A stretch of DNA of 63,570 nt, filler included, from Atractiella rhizophila (GCA_021432655.1; 5 parts of 5 records of this genome joined end to end with filler, not necessarily neighbours in it), one strand, 5' to 3'; numbered from the whole stretch's first letter, positions 49,430 to 61,209 are shown. Made by a program: numbers and translations. The notes: generated from the letters alone by a model not told the origin.

Positions 49430-51571
49430 TCAATGCCTGCCAAATGCCAAGCGCCGAAGTCTGAGTAGCAATTTCATCCCGAACCTCAAGGCGTCTTTAA
49501 CATCCATTCCTTTTGCCAGCAGGCCCTGCTCAAGCTCCACAGTCTCCTCCACAAGTTGTTCCACAGGCTCCCCCTTCTTAGACTCCCCCACAGGCTTCTC
49601 AGGCGTCTCCTCGGGTTCCTCCACAGGCTTCTCCTCAGGTTCCTCCCAAAGTTTCTCCTCAGGTTCCCCCACAGGCTTCTCCTCAGGCTTCCCCTGCTCT
49701 TCCACAAGCTTGTCCTCTTCCTCCTTAGACCACTGCTCCTCAACTTCAAGCTCCCCAGGCTCCGCGACCCATGAATATTTGTCATTCGCACTCACACCAA
49801 ATGCTCTCATCATCCTCCTAGAAGTCTCAATCTCCTCTTGGCGCCATTCTCCATAGAATAAAAGAAGTCTTAAACTACGTCTTCCCTCCGTTTTAGGTCC
49901 ACCATCCCCAATCGCACGATCCCCAAAGAACCATGGGATGAATTCTTGGAAACTGAACGAGTCCACCACACAGTACCGAACATCGATGAGCCGTATCATC
50001 TTTGCATTTCTGAGACTGCGGAAGAGCTGACGTGAAACTAGGTTTGAAGTCTCTTCGCCACCGTCGAGGATGAGGAAGGTGAGATGCTCGAGGTGTGATA
50101 AGTCAAGCGGAGTCAGTAGGGAGGAGATCTTTCCGTCAGGCGAGTAGGGGGCAAGGGCGATGACAAGATGTTCCAGAAGAGGCGGCAGACAGGATCCTGA
50201 GACGGAGGGAGGGAGGGGACACATATCGGAGAGACGCAACGACGTCAGGGTTTGTGGGAAGGAGAGCGATGGAAGAGGTGGGTATTCGTAGAGGTCTAGG
50301 TGTTCGAGGCGAGAAGATAAGTGGAGGCCAGCTGAGGCTGAAGCGGTAGAGTCCTTCACGTCGGAAGCTTTGAGCCGTCTGATCCTGTCACCCATCCTCC
50401 GCATAAAGTCCTCGATCTCATCCTTCCTCCACTTTCTTGAACCCTGACTTCTAAAAGTCATGTCATCCAACCTCTTCAACCCTTCAATCGCATGCAACAC
50501 AATCTTAGCTTCCTCTTCATTCCATCCATCAATCCGGACTGTGCTAATGTTCGGCGAGCTCCCGATAACATCTCTCACTATGTCAATACTATCATCACTA
50601 TCAAGGTGCAGGTCGGTCCACATTCGTCCAGCGCTTGAATTCAGTTTTGAGCGAGCATACATCTCACGTATCGAAGCAGGCGCATCCCAATAAGGAACAG
50701 AAACTGGTCCCCAGAGCCGACACACCTCAAGGAGCCTGGGAAGTGTTTCGTGTCCGAGTTTAACCTCGTCCTCCTGCCCCGATGTGAGGAAGCTGAAGAC
50801 AAACGAGAGGAGCTCAGGCGGTAGGAGCGAGATAGAGCATGAAATAACCACTGGGAGGGTTGAGAGTTGGATGGTGGTGGCCACACGGTGACTGAAAGAT
50901 CCCTGCGAAGACTCCTCAGCAGTGATAGCAGTAAAACGTTCTTCGACTTCGGAGAATGCGGCAATGGGGGCGAAGATGGCCTTAGAGCGATCTTCTGGGA
51001 GAGGAAACGTGCCGATGAACCCTGGGATATTTGCTGGTGAAAATGCCGAATCTAGAAATGAGTAGGTAGACGAATCATCAAATGACTCTCCGACCTGCCC
51101 AAAGGTTATTGCAACGTTTTCGCGGCCGAAGGTGAAGAGGAGGTTCGCTACACCATCGTTTTCGACTGCTTCATCGAGAGTTTGACGCGAGAAGTAAGAC
51201 AATTTCGATGACACTGAAGCAGCGTCTGTATCCGTGAATCCGATAGGTAGGACAAAAGAGATCCGAAGTGCGTTAATGGACTGAGGTAGGCTAGATAGGA
51301 ACGAAGGAAGAATAGAGAGCTGAAGCACAGGACTGCGTCTCGCTGGGGTGATAAGGTGCACAAGCACCGTCGAGGATAAGACCCAAGAGTCCTGCATCTG
51401 AAGCAAAGGAATATTTACGTCTCGGTCAAGTACCAGACCGGCTTCATTCCACTCTGTATCGACGTCGTCTAGAATTGTGTTCCAGCTCTGATTCATCAAG
51501 GTTTTATCGATGTATGCTCCAACCTTTCCGTCTTCAATTTTTATCGTACGAACCAAGAGATCTTTCGCCAC
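49430..51571 (-). CDS. Paralogous F-box/LRR-like protein (main exon; probable extra 5' exons to ~52528)
   Basis: ISLLPPELLSFVFSFL...LLEVCRLW; shares VHxITPA, EEAKxVLHAIxGL, RKWxKDExE, DGGxETSNLV, LFxxxW with 44325-46487. Confidence 0.8.
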   Translation of the reverse strand: MAKDLLVRTIKIEDGKVGAYIDKTLMNQSWNTILDDVDTEWNEAGLVLDRDVNIPLLQMQDSWVLSSTVLVHLITPARRSPVLQLSILPSFLSSLPQSINALRISFVLPIGFTDTDAASVSSKLSYFSRQTLDEAVENDGVANLLFTFGRENVAITFGQVGESFDDSSTYSFLDSAFSPANIPGFIGTFPLPEDRSKAIFAPIAAFSEVEERFTAITAEESSQGSFSHRVATTIQLSTLPVVISCSISLLPPELLSFVFSFLTSGQEDEVKLGHETLPRLLEVCRLWGPVSVPYWDAPASIREMYARSKLNSSAGRMWTDLHLDSDDSIDIVRDVIGSSPNISTVRIDGWNEEEAKIVLHAIEGLKRLDDMTFRSQGSRKWRKDEIEDFMRRMGDRIRRLKASDVKDSTASASAGLHLSSRLEHLDLYEYPPLPSLSFPQTLTSLRLSDMCPLPPSVSGSCLPPLLEHLVIALAPYSPDGKISSLLTPLDLSHLEHLTFLILDGGEETSNLVSRQLFRSLRNAKMIRLIDVRYCVVDSFSFQEFIPWFFGDRAIGDGGPKTEGRRSLRLLLFYGEWRQEEIETSRRMMRAFGVSANDKYSWVAEPGELEVEEQWSKEEEDKLVEEQGKPEEKPVGEPEEKLWEEPEEKPVEEPEETPEKPVGESKKGEPVEQLVEETVELEQGLLAKGMDVKDALRFGMKLLLRLRRLAFGRH

Positions 51572-52931
51572 CGGCGTCCTTGTAAGCGGTACTGCAGACG
51601 CTAACCGGACTTCGAGCTGAAAAGAGACGGCGACATCGGATGTGTGGTCCCTGCGCTCTCGATATATAATCAGTTCGCGTATGACAACTGGTGAGATGAA
51701 GACTCACAGCTTGATAGCGAAGGGGATAGTACAAGGCACATCACTGCCATCCCCCACGAGACCAATTCCGAAAGATCCATTAATGCCGGAGCGGCTTCGA
51801 TTGCATTTTATGTTCACAACACTTCCATCTACTCCTTTTGCGAAACGTGGAGCAGATTCTCTTACACTAAATATGAACTCGTTACGGAAATATAGTCGGG
51901 GAGAAAAAACTCGCGTAATGGGTGTGTAGTCATGAGTCAAAATCGGTTGAAGGAAGTAGGATAGTTGAATACTGGTGATAATGATGTCGAAGCCATTCTG
52001 AACAAGAAGCCTACAACACAGTGAGCCTAGTGATTCCAAGGGAGAGAAATTCTTCTCACCGGAACAGTAGATCTCTTAAGTTTCGTAAGAAGTCAATCCC
52101 CTTTAGGTGCAATTCACTGAGGGTAAATACTTGGACTGAGGGTAAATACTTGGGACTAACGATGGTCCAACGGCTGCCCTGGAAATATATGAACACTTGT
52201 GGTCAGGATGAGAGGGGGACGCACATATAAACATTCTCAACGAGCAGCAAGACTCTTGATGTAAGATACTCCTTATCGAAGATGACTCGTGGATGAGTGG
52301 CTAGCTCATGCTCATCTACAAGCAGGCTATCAGCACTGTCTGCTTCTTCACCATTCAGTCCGAAAACCATTGAAGGCTGTCGCGAGTGTATGTCTGAAAG
52401 AATATCCATAATCTCGCCCTCTGCCTGAGGTAAGCAATCTCAGTCGGACCTGTAGAATGATGACGGTTTGGAAGATTTACCCTCTTGGTCGCCTCCACCA
52501 ACTCGCATATGATGTCTCCGCTTGCCATCACTCGTAGTCGCGTTGGATCTATGTTGGAGGCTGCAGTTTGGTGGACAATAAAATAGAATGCTGGGCCATA
52601 TTCATACTTAACAAGTTCAAGCGTAAGGAGACAAGGGAGTCCATCGTCCGGACGGAGAGCTTGGATCGTTATCCGATCCGAAGGTTATCTGAAGGTCCGT
52701 CTAGTCTCTATTCAACACAAACACAAACTTGGAGAGTGGATCGTGGAGCTGTGGCAAATAGTGATGTTGACCTTGTTCTTGGACAGGATTACTTGCAGGA
52801 TGATTACGGGGCAGTGTTGAGTGAAAAGCTGTATGATATTAGGCCATGAGGCCAAGGGATCATGTAAATGATGCATGAAAGGGTAAGGGACCTGGGGTGT
52901 GATGAGTTTACAAGGGCGACAGGCTGCGAGG

Positions 52932-53027
52932 CTGCGAGGTGCGAGACCAACCAATAAGGATGTAATTCTAGCTATGTAAAGATGAAATACATTACCTGCG
53001 AGGTGCGAGACCAACCAATAAGGATGT
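52932..53027. repeat. Perfect 32-nt direct repeat, two copies
   Basis: ctgcgaggtgcgagaccaaccaataaggatgt at 52932-52963 and 52996-53027. Confidence 0.9.
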
Positions 53028-53469
53028 GGTCTCGCACTCACAGGGCAACTCGCTTTTATCAGAGAAAGATGCTGAATAATGCGAAGGCGTAATTGGAAGT
53101 GAAGAGAAAACTTGAACACACACCACAGTAAGGTAAGGATACTAAGAGAAGTGAATGCTCCCAGAAAGTAGGAGGCGTAAGTGTTCCGGTCACCCCATCA
53201 GGGTGGAGCTCACAATATCGGCGGCTGCTTTCATGTAAGCAGTTCCTTAGGAATCATTTACATGACTCAGTTGCAACATTACAAGACAAGACAGAAGCAG
53301 GGCCTGATATTACCAAGAATTGAGAATTGAACAGGATATCCGTTCAGTGAACTGAAACCAGCTCACAAGCCATAGTTGTCGTCTTGTCCATGTGCATTAC
53401 TACATTGATAGAATCCCCTTTGCGGCTTGCGCCAGCGACATTCGGTGTCTTCTTTGGGGTGTCAGTCTA

Positions 53470-54021
53470 CCGTTCCAATGTCTCTTCGCTCAGAGTTCGC
53501 GTTCCACTGGCCGACTGATGCTGAACACTCTCGCATCGTTGCCCTGGTACCCTCATCTCCTCCTCGTGCCACTCGCCAAAGAACAGGAGGACAATTAGAT
53601 CCCGTGTTTCGCTGGTGTAAATCCATCTTCATCCTCCTCATCGGATTTCCCTATCTGCCGATTGCCAAAGAACCAAGGGATAAAATCTTGGCAGTCGAAT
53701 CCATCCCCCACGCAGTACGAAATTTCTATGCGTTGGATGGCTGTCGCATTTTTGAGAGTTGCGAAGAACTGGTAGGGAACGAGGTTTGAAGTGTCGTCGC
53801 CTCATCTAGCAAGAGAGTGGTGAGCTGTGTGAGGTGTGATAAATTGAGCGGAGCTGGTAGGATGGATACATACCTATCAGCAGAGAATGGAGAGAGCTTG
53901 AGCGAGAGACGCTCCAGAAGTGGCGGCAGAGGGGTGTTCGATATGGAAGCAGGCAGTGGACATATACGGAAGATACTCAGGCGTAGGAGAGAGGGAGGGA
54001 GGGAGGGAGGGAGAGAGTTGG
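53470..54021 (-). pseudogene. Frameshifted 3' part of a further F-box/LRR-like paralog
   Basis: CPLPASIS..PLPPLLERL...LNLSHLTQL / DTSNLVP..FFATLKNA...DFIPWFFG / LLFFGEW, with a frameshift between each block. Confidence 0.85.
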
Positions 54022-54121
54022 NNNNNNNNNNNNNNNNNNNNNNNNNNNNNNNNNNNNNNNNNNNNTTAATTAATTAANNNNNNNNNNNNNNNNNNNNNNN
54101 NNNNNNNNNNNNNNNNNNNNN
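54022..54121. other. Artificial contig spacer
   Basis: N44-TTAATTAATTAA-N44. Confidence 0.97.
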
Positions 54122-54682
54122 ATGATGGGACAAGAGCCGCGTCAATCAACTTCAAACATTGGATTTCTTCAAAAGCCGTCGATACCCGTATGTCTTCTTT
54201 CATTTAGCATTTCATCCTGACCCATGATGTTGACTTGCGAAGGCACTGATTCATGGTCTCAACCGTCATTACTATTCCATCGCCATTTCATATCGGAAAA
54301 CAGAGCAAGAGCAAGACATGCTCCTTAATCTGCATAAGAAGAATTGGACGGATGGATTACGGCTAAAAGATTTCGAAATTTTGAAGAAAGACAACGAGGA
54401 CAGCGTGAAGGTTCGTTCAAATAACCAATCACTCTTCTTTCCCTCTTTTAAACAGTGCTAACGACATGCCTGATATAGAAAATGCTCAAACTTTCCTCTC
54501 TCTACTCAACATCGGTGGAAGAGGAGTCGACCCTGACAGCTCAACAGCTAAAGACTCGGCATGTGGGGAAACAGGATCCGAAAAGGCATCTCGAGGAAGA
54601 GGTGGAGAAGGCAATGGGTAATCAGATCGTACAGACCCTCGGGAGTATGATGCATTTGCTGACGAGGACAGGAGAGAAGTAG
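54122..54682 (+). CDS. RPN11: 3' half of a second RPN11 copy (probably the other allele)
   Basis: [37 protein letters not shown]; near-identical to 58006-58566. Confidence 0.85.
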
Positions 54683-54928
54683 ATTTTTTGATTGATGGTA
54701 TTGGAATTTGAAGGTATTAGTTAACACCAGCATCGCTTCAGTACAAAAGAACGGTCATGGCATCATTTCAACAGATTAGGCAGCCGATGGTGCAATAAGA
54801 GGTTCATGTGTCAAAGTCTTTAGGAGCAGTTGGAAGGAACAAGCATGGAAGTTTGCAACATTTATTTCGCTAGACCCTTAATCCGACAATCCTTTTTGAC
54901 AATTGAGTTCCTTCTCGAACCTTGCTCG

Positions 54929-55192
54929 TTACTCGAATATAACTTGCGCTTTGACCTGAGATAAGAACACGCTGCAGCCATGACCAGGCTGCTCAGAAAA
55001 AGCGAAAGCGGTCACATCGTAGTCGGGCAACTTGTTATCGATCATGTCTCCCACATCGATCGTCGCAATTCTCTGAGTGCCAGCAGGAACGAAGTCGGCT
55101 AGGGACCAGGTGCCGGGATGGATATCGTTGTCCGGAAGATTGTGCGAGATGGTGAAGTAAATTGGGAGGTAAAAAGGGCTATCATCCGCCAC
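54929..55192 (-). CDS. 3' exon of a second copy of the secreted protein gene at 58822-59433
   Basis: 87-aa translation differs from 58822-59085 at three residues. Confidence 0.8.
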   Translation of the reverse strand: MADDSPFYLPIYFTISHNLPDNDIHPGTWSLADFVPAGTQRIATIDVGDMIDNKLPDYDVTAFAFSEQPGHGCSVFLSQVKAQVIFE

Positions 55193-55779
55193 NNNNNNNN
55201 NNNNNNNNNNNNNNNNNNNNNNNNNNNNNNNNNNNNNNNNNNNNNNNNNNNNNNNNNNNNNNNNNNNNNNNNNNNNNNNNNNNNNNNNNNNNNNNNNNNN
55301 NNNNNNNNNNNNNNNNNNNNNNNNNNNNNNNNNNNNNNNNNNNNNNNNNNNNNNNNNNNNNNNNNNNNNNNNNNNNNNNNNNNNNNNNNNNNNNNNNNNN
55401 NNNNNNNNNNNNNNNNNNNNNNNNNNNNNNNNNNNNNNNNNNNNNNNNNNNNNNNNNNNNNNNNNNNNNNNNNNNNNNNNNNNNNNNNNNNNNNNNNNNN
55501 NNNNNNNNNNNNNNNNNNNNNNNNNNNNNNNNNNNNNNNNNNNNNNNNNNNNNNNNNNNNNNNNNNNNNNNNNNNNNNNNNNNNNNNNNNNNNNNNNNNN
55601 NNNNNNNNNNNNNNNNNNNNNNNNNNNNNNNNNNNNNNNNNNNNNNNNNNNNNNNNNNNNNNNNNNNNNNNNNNNNNNNNNNNNNNNNNNNNNNNNNNNN
55701 NNNNNNNNNNNNNNNNNNNNNNNNNNNNNNNNNNNNNNNNNNNNNNNNNNNNNNNNNNNNNNNNNNNNNNNNNNNNNNN

Positions 55780-57023
55780 AAGCAGTAACGTATCATGATG
55801 ACCTGGAGGTAGGGGGAGAATGACCGTACCTGTAGATCGACTACAGCAACCTTTGGAAGGTATTGGTGGGAACGCTTGCATCAGTCCTTGAGAAATGGAT
55901 GCCATGTTCGAAGTTGACGTCGACGGTGCGGCTGAAGGCTCGAGAGTCTTGAACCGCGCCTGAGGAGAGGTGTTACGCGAGGAGGCGTAAATTTCTTGGG
56001 TCATGATGGTTGTTTCTCTGCTGGATTCTATGCTGCTGACCAGGGGTCATGATGCGTGAAAAGCTCTTAAGGAAGGTCCGACTTAGAGGAGGTCTGCAGA
56101 TCGAGAGCGTGACCGCGTTGCAGTGAACCTTATTTTCAACGTGGGGCGGCCTCCGCGGCTGGTTGTCGGGCAGTGGATGGGACCTCCTTGATTGATAGGG
56201 GCAATGAAAGGTCAAGGCAGTAAAAAGGTTTTCTTTGGGAGGACATATAATTGCTACATTGTGACGGGGCTTGAGGTATAGAAATACAAGACGACGAACT
56301 AAATTGATGCTGAACCGACTGTACCGAAGAGTGGAGAGAGCTGGAACTGGCTGGGCTAGACCTATGAGGGCATCAAGCAGGTCAAAGATGACTATCCTTC
56401 ATCTCTATAGCCCTTCAAATCCGTCAGCACTTGATGTTGGGTGTCAGGGGAGAACTCACGCGACGTCGGTAAGGAGGGCTTTCTCCAGTATGAACTTGCC
56501 CTGAGTGACAATGACGTGAGCTCATTCAGCGTAAGAAGATAAGAAGAGACAAACCTCCTTGTACTTTTGGCCCTCTTCATATGCGTATTCCTATCCCCGT
56601 CAGCTAAATTAGAATGACGACAGAAGCAAGGGGGCCACCGACATAGCGCCACCCAACGACCTGTTCACATTTCGCGCATGAAATATCGCACACCGTATGC
56701 CTTCCAGTGGTCATATCCCGATCCTCATTCGGTCCTTTAGTCACATTTACCCTAAGCATCACGTTCGGTCAGGCTCACGCTCCTATGTTGGGAGAAAGTA
56801 AGCGTGACTTACACAGAATGAAACAAGAATGCCCGTCCATGTTGCCCATTGAAGTTCTAAACAATCACCGTGTCAAGATATCACAGTTGCTGCAAAGGAA
56901 ACTGTAGCGCACCTTTGATGCTATATCTTCCTGCCGAGCAAGATGTGTCTTGCACTTGTTGCAACCGTACACTTTCTTGCCGGGAACGGTTGGCATGAGA
57001 TATTCCCTGTGGCTGTAGCCCAT
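55780..57023 (-). CDS. Yippee/Moh1 zinc-binding protein (3' end uncertain)
   Basis: YGCNKCKTHLA...SKNFNGQHGRAFLF...DRDMTTGRHTVCDISCAKC...GWRY...GKFILE. Confidence 0.9.
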
Positions 57024-57274
57024 ACTGACTTGATCGCTTTGTTTCCTGGCTAGTTGAACGTGAGTAGAGATTCTTAAAGAGTGATAAAGAGATGGTTGTT
57101 GTTGGACGTTATCACCAGGCCGGGGCCGGAACGGACGAGATTGTGTGAAGTCGGGCATTAGATAGTGTACGAACACCATCCGTACGCCTTTCTTACACGT
57201 TGTCGCGATTCTTCAGCGGTGACATTTCCACCATTTCTTTTCTCTCTCAGTTTAGCTCATAATCAACCAATACA

Positions 57275-58566
57275 ATGTCTATGAATGCTGCACTGCAAAG
57301 GCTGGCAGGTCAAGGTGGAATGGGAGGAGGACCCGCGGTGGATGGGCCTTTGAACGATAATGCTGAGATGGTGTATATTTCCTCCCTTTCACTGCTCAAG
57401 GTCTGTCCTTTCCTCTACTCCCTCGCAAAGAGCTCCACTAATGCAGCCGCTGCTAACACAAAGATGTTGAAACATGGACGTGCGGGTGTGCCGCTGGAAG
57501 TTATGGGTCTGATGTTGGGTGAATTCGTGGACGATTACACAGTTCGTGTAGTAGACGTGTTTGCCATGCCTCAAGTGCGTAATCTCTCTTTTTCAAGGTG
57601 AAATGATTGAAGTAAGAAGTAGAGTGGTACCGGAGTTTCAGTCGAAGCCGTAGATTATGTTTACCAACAAAAAATGGTTGACATGCTAAAACAAACTGGA
57701 CGGTGTGTCATTACACTTTCTTGCCCTGAACTTAGTGGACTTACGTCTGTGTATAAGACCCGAGGAAGTCGTAGGATGGTATCACTCTCACCCAGGTTTC
57801 GGCTGCTGGCTCTCCTCAGTCGATGTAAACACTCAACAATCCTTCGAACAGCTCAATTCCAGAGCTGTAGCCGTCGTCGTTGACCCGATACAGAGTGTGA
57901 AGGTGCGTCCGACCTTACCTATTTGGATATTGGTCTTACATGATCTTAAATGGGCAGGGAAAGGTCGTGATCGACGCCTTTCGATTGATCAGTTCTCAAT
58001 TAGTTATGATGGGACAAGAGCCGCGTCAATCAACTTCAAACATTGGATTTCTTCAAAAGCCGTCGATACCCGTATGTCTTCTTTCATTTAGCATTTCATC
58101 TTGACCCATGATGTTGACTTGCGAAGGCACTGATTCATGGTCTCAACCGTCATTACTATTCCATCGCCATTTCATATCGGAAAACGGAGCAAGAGCAAGA
58201 CATGCTCCTTAATCTGCATAAGAAGAATTGGACGGATGGATTACGGCTAAAAGATTTCGAAATTTTAAAGAAAGACAACGAGGACAGCGTGAAGGTCCGT
58301 TCAAATAACCAATCACTCTTCTTTCCCTCTTTTAAACAGTGCTAACGATATGCCTGATATAGAAAATGCTCAAACTTTCTTCTCTCTACTCAACATCGGT
58401 GGAAGAGGAGTCGACCCTGACAGCTCAACAGCTGAAGACTCGGCATGTGGGGAAACAGGATCCGAAAAGGCATCTCGAGGAGGAGGTGGAGAAGGCAATG
58501 GGTAATCAGATCGTACAGACGCTCGGGAGTATGATGCATTTGCTGACGAGGACAGGGGAGAAGTAG
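57275..58566 (+). CDS. RPN11: 26S proteasome JAMM deubiquitinase Rpn11
   Basis: [57 protein letters not shown]. Confidence 0.97.
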
Positions 58567-58821
58567 ATTTGTAATTGATGGTACTGGAATTCAAGGTATT
58601 AGTTGATACCAGCATGGCTCCAGTACAAAAGAAAGCCATGTTATCACTTCAGCAGATTAGGCAGCCAAAGGTGCAATAAGAGGTTCATATGTTTCAAAGT
58701 CTTTAAGAGCCGTTGGAAGGAACAAGCTTGGAAGTTTGCAACATTTATTTCGTTCAACATTGTATTCCATTTAATCCGACAATCCTTTTGACAAATTGAG
58801 TTCCTTCTCGAACCTTGTTCG

Positions 58822-59433
58822 TTACTCGAATATAACTTGTGCTTTGACCTGAGATAAGAACACGCTGCAGCCATCACCAGGCTGCTCAGAAAAAGCGAAA
58901 GCGGTCACGTCGTAGTCGGGCAACTTATTATCGATCCTGTCCCCAACATCGATCGTCGCAATTCTCTGAGTGCCAGCAGGAACGAAGTCGGCTAGGGACC
59001 AGGTGCCGGGATGGATATCGTTGTCTGGAAGATTGTGCGAGATGGTGAAGTAAATTGGGACGTAAAAAGGGCTATCATCCGCCACATTCTGTTCTTAAGG
59101 TGAGGAGGAGTCCGGAAGCTAGGCAAGCGACGTACCAAAACTTGGTAGTTCACCCTTGTGCTCCCAGGAACATAGGAGTCGTAAAAGCCACGGAGATCTG
59201 GTGCGGCATGACATCCGTAGAGGAAAGTTCCTTGAGCTATCGAATCCATTCAGTAGGAAGTACGTGTTTGCTAGGAGTGTATGATGCTCACCTGTCTTTG
59301 TGAAAATATCGAACGACCCTGATGTGTCTGTGGTGATGGGGAGCCAAGGTACATCGACCGTGGTTGCCCTTTTGGCAAGAGGGCTGGCGACGGCGAGGGC
59401 AGCAAAAGATACGGCAGACAACAGGCTGATCAT
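58822..59433 (-). CDS. Small secreted protein of unknown function
   Basis: Signal peptide MISLLSAVSFAALAVA, SPLAKR (Kex2-like site), two introns, two Cys. Confidence 0.8.
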
Positions 59434-60114
59434 CTTTGCAGAGCGAGTACCTCTCGTCATCGAGGATGTTCATTTATATCCATCAGAAGGCGGACTCCCC
59501 CACGTAGAACGAGAAAATAGGACGAGCTGATGTCGCATGGATGTTGGTCTTGACCGCTTCGCGGTACGCCTGGGATAAGTGCGATGATGTGGGACTGGTG
59601 CTTTGAGATTGACAGCAACCGGTGTAAGGGACCAAAGTTCGCAAACCCTGTACTTTCGGCTGATAAATTCGTCATAATTGGGGAATTTTGCCCTTGACGC
59701 CAACCTTACATGGGAACTTGAGCAGCGAAGGTTGTGAAGGACACGTTCAGGGCCCCGGGGTTCAGTCGTGTACAGATATCATCCCGCATGGACGGTGCGT
59801 GTATGGCTCCACACATCAGTCCCATGAGGTCTTCGAATGTTTGGGAGACAACAAGGGAGCGGCGGTCTTCTGGAGATTTCATCGAACTTCATGATTAGCC
59901 TTCGGACTGATGGCTTCTCAATAAACGACTTTCATGTCGCCTCTCTGGAACACCGGAACGCACATTTCGTGCCTCAAAGGCTTTGAAAACTGTATCATAG
60001 TGCATAAGTGTGACAAAATACTGTGTGCATGCAAGCAAATGAAACTCCTTCAGAGCAGCCAATCAGCCTTGACTGTTCTGTGCAGACGCAAACGAAAGGA
60101 CGCACCTCTCCCTC

Positions 60115-60413
60115 TCATGCTGATGCCTTTGCTTCTCGCAGAGCCTTCTGCGTCCCTATTGCGGCGTATCTCGCATTGCGTCGGAACTTAGCATCCACCT
60201 AACATCCCATTCACATCCGTCATCTAGCGGTCTCCACAGCTCAGGTAGGAGGACATACACCACGAAGAGAAGGGTAACGGTTGGTCTTAGGCTTCTTTAT
60301 TCCGTTACGGTGAGCCTTCTTGTTTTGACTGTCCCAGAATTATTAGGAGAAGCTTTGGCAGCTGGAGCATTGATGGCGCACTTGTGGTTGGTGTGGTTCT
60401 TTGATTTGGCCAT
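60115..60413 (-). CDS. RPL29: 60S ribosomal protein eL29
   Basis: Spliced [46 protein letters not shown]; 5' UTR intron ~60437-60634. Confidence 0.97.
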
Positions 60414-60848
60414 TACGAAGAAAGGAACTCGAAGATCTATGCAAGAAATAACAAAGCAATGGTTAGCAGATTGACTGGACAGCTGCTAAGGCGTCGACTG
60501 TTCACATCTCGATGTGTACCACTTCCACCCTACATCGGTGCAGCGACTGCTCATTCATGGCTTTTAAAGGTCCGCATACCACACTCAAACAACCTCTGCT
60601 ACCCTTCCAGCTAGAAAAAGGACGTAATACTCACCGAAATGTTGTCTCTCTTCCACTTAGCAAGAAAAACAAAAGCCTTTAGTTCATTGTGTAATCTCCG
60701 TAACCTTAGTGCAGGAAAGATCCTTAATCTGGAACCACACGAGACGCGGGGAGTTCTGTTCTTCTTCAATTCCTAGAGTTCCTGCTTGAGTCCCAGTGCC
60801 CAGTGCCCTTGATTCATTTTCACATTTCGATACTTCGATACACTCAAC

Positions 60849-61209
60849 ATGAGTTTCGTGGACGCGGTTTTCCAATCCTTAGTCTCTCCAACTCCAACCC
60901 TGCCGCTTCTGCGAGCGATGAACCTCACGTTCTTCGCACTTTTCCTCACCCTCCTCGGACTCATTATTCTCGTCCGAATATACCAGTACGAGTGGAACCT
61001 CCATGTTATCTTCCTCACAGCCATAACTGCTCTGCTTTGGCTGAGCATCAACTGGTAAGGGCTTTCTTCCGCTTCTTCCGACATTCATTGACGCGCATGT
61101 GTCCAGGTTCGTTCAGGAGCTCGTCCTCGCCCAAGGGCAACCTGTTCGATCACCTGATACCTCAAGCTCACCACCCTTGGATCGCCGCGAGAAATCCAAA
61201 CTAGACTGA
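60849..61209 (+). CDS. PKR1: ER V-ATPase assembly factor Pkr1-like
   Basis: SLVSPTPTLPLLRAMNLTFFAL...HVIFL...LWLSINWFVQEL; two TM segments; one intron. Confidence 0.8.

Noticed and set aside
52932..53027. Mini CRISPR array (32-nt repeat, 32-nt spacer)
   Set aside because: Only two repeats, eukaryotic context, no cas genes.
55099..56004. Long ORFs spanning 55099-56004
   Set aside because: They are open only because they run through an N gap.
60437..60634. snoRNA in the RPL29 5' UTR intron
   Set aside because: No convincing C/D boxes or H/ACA layout by eye.
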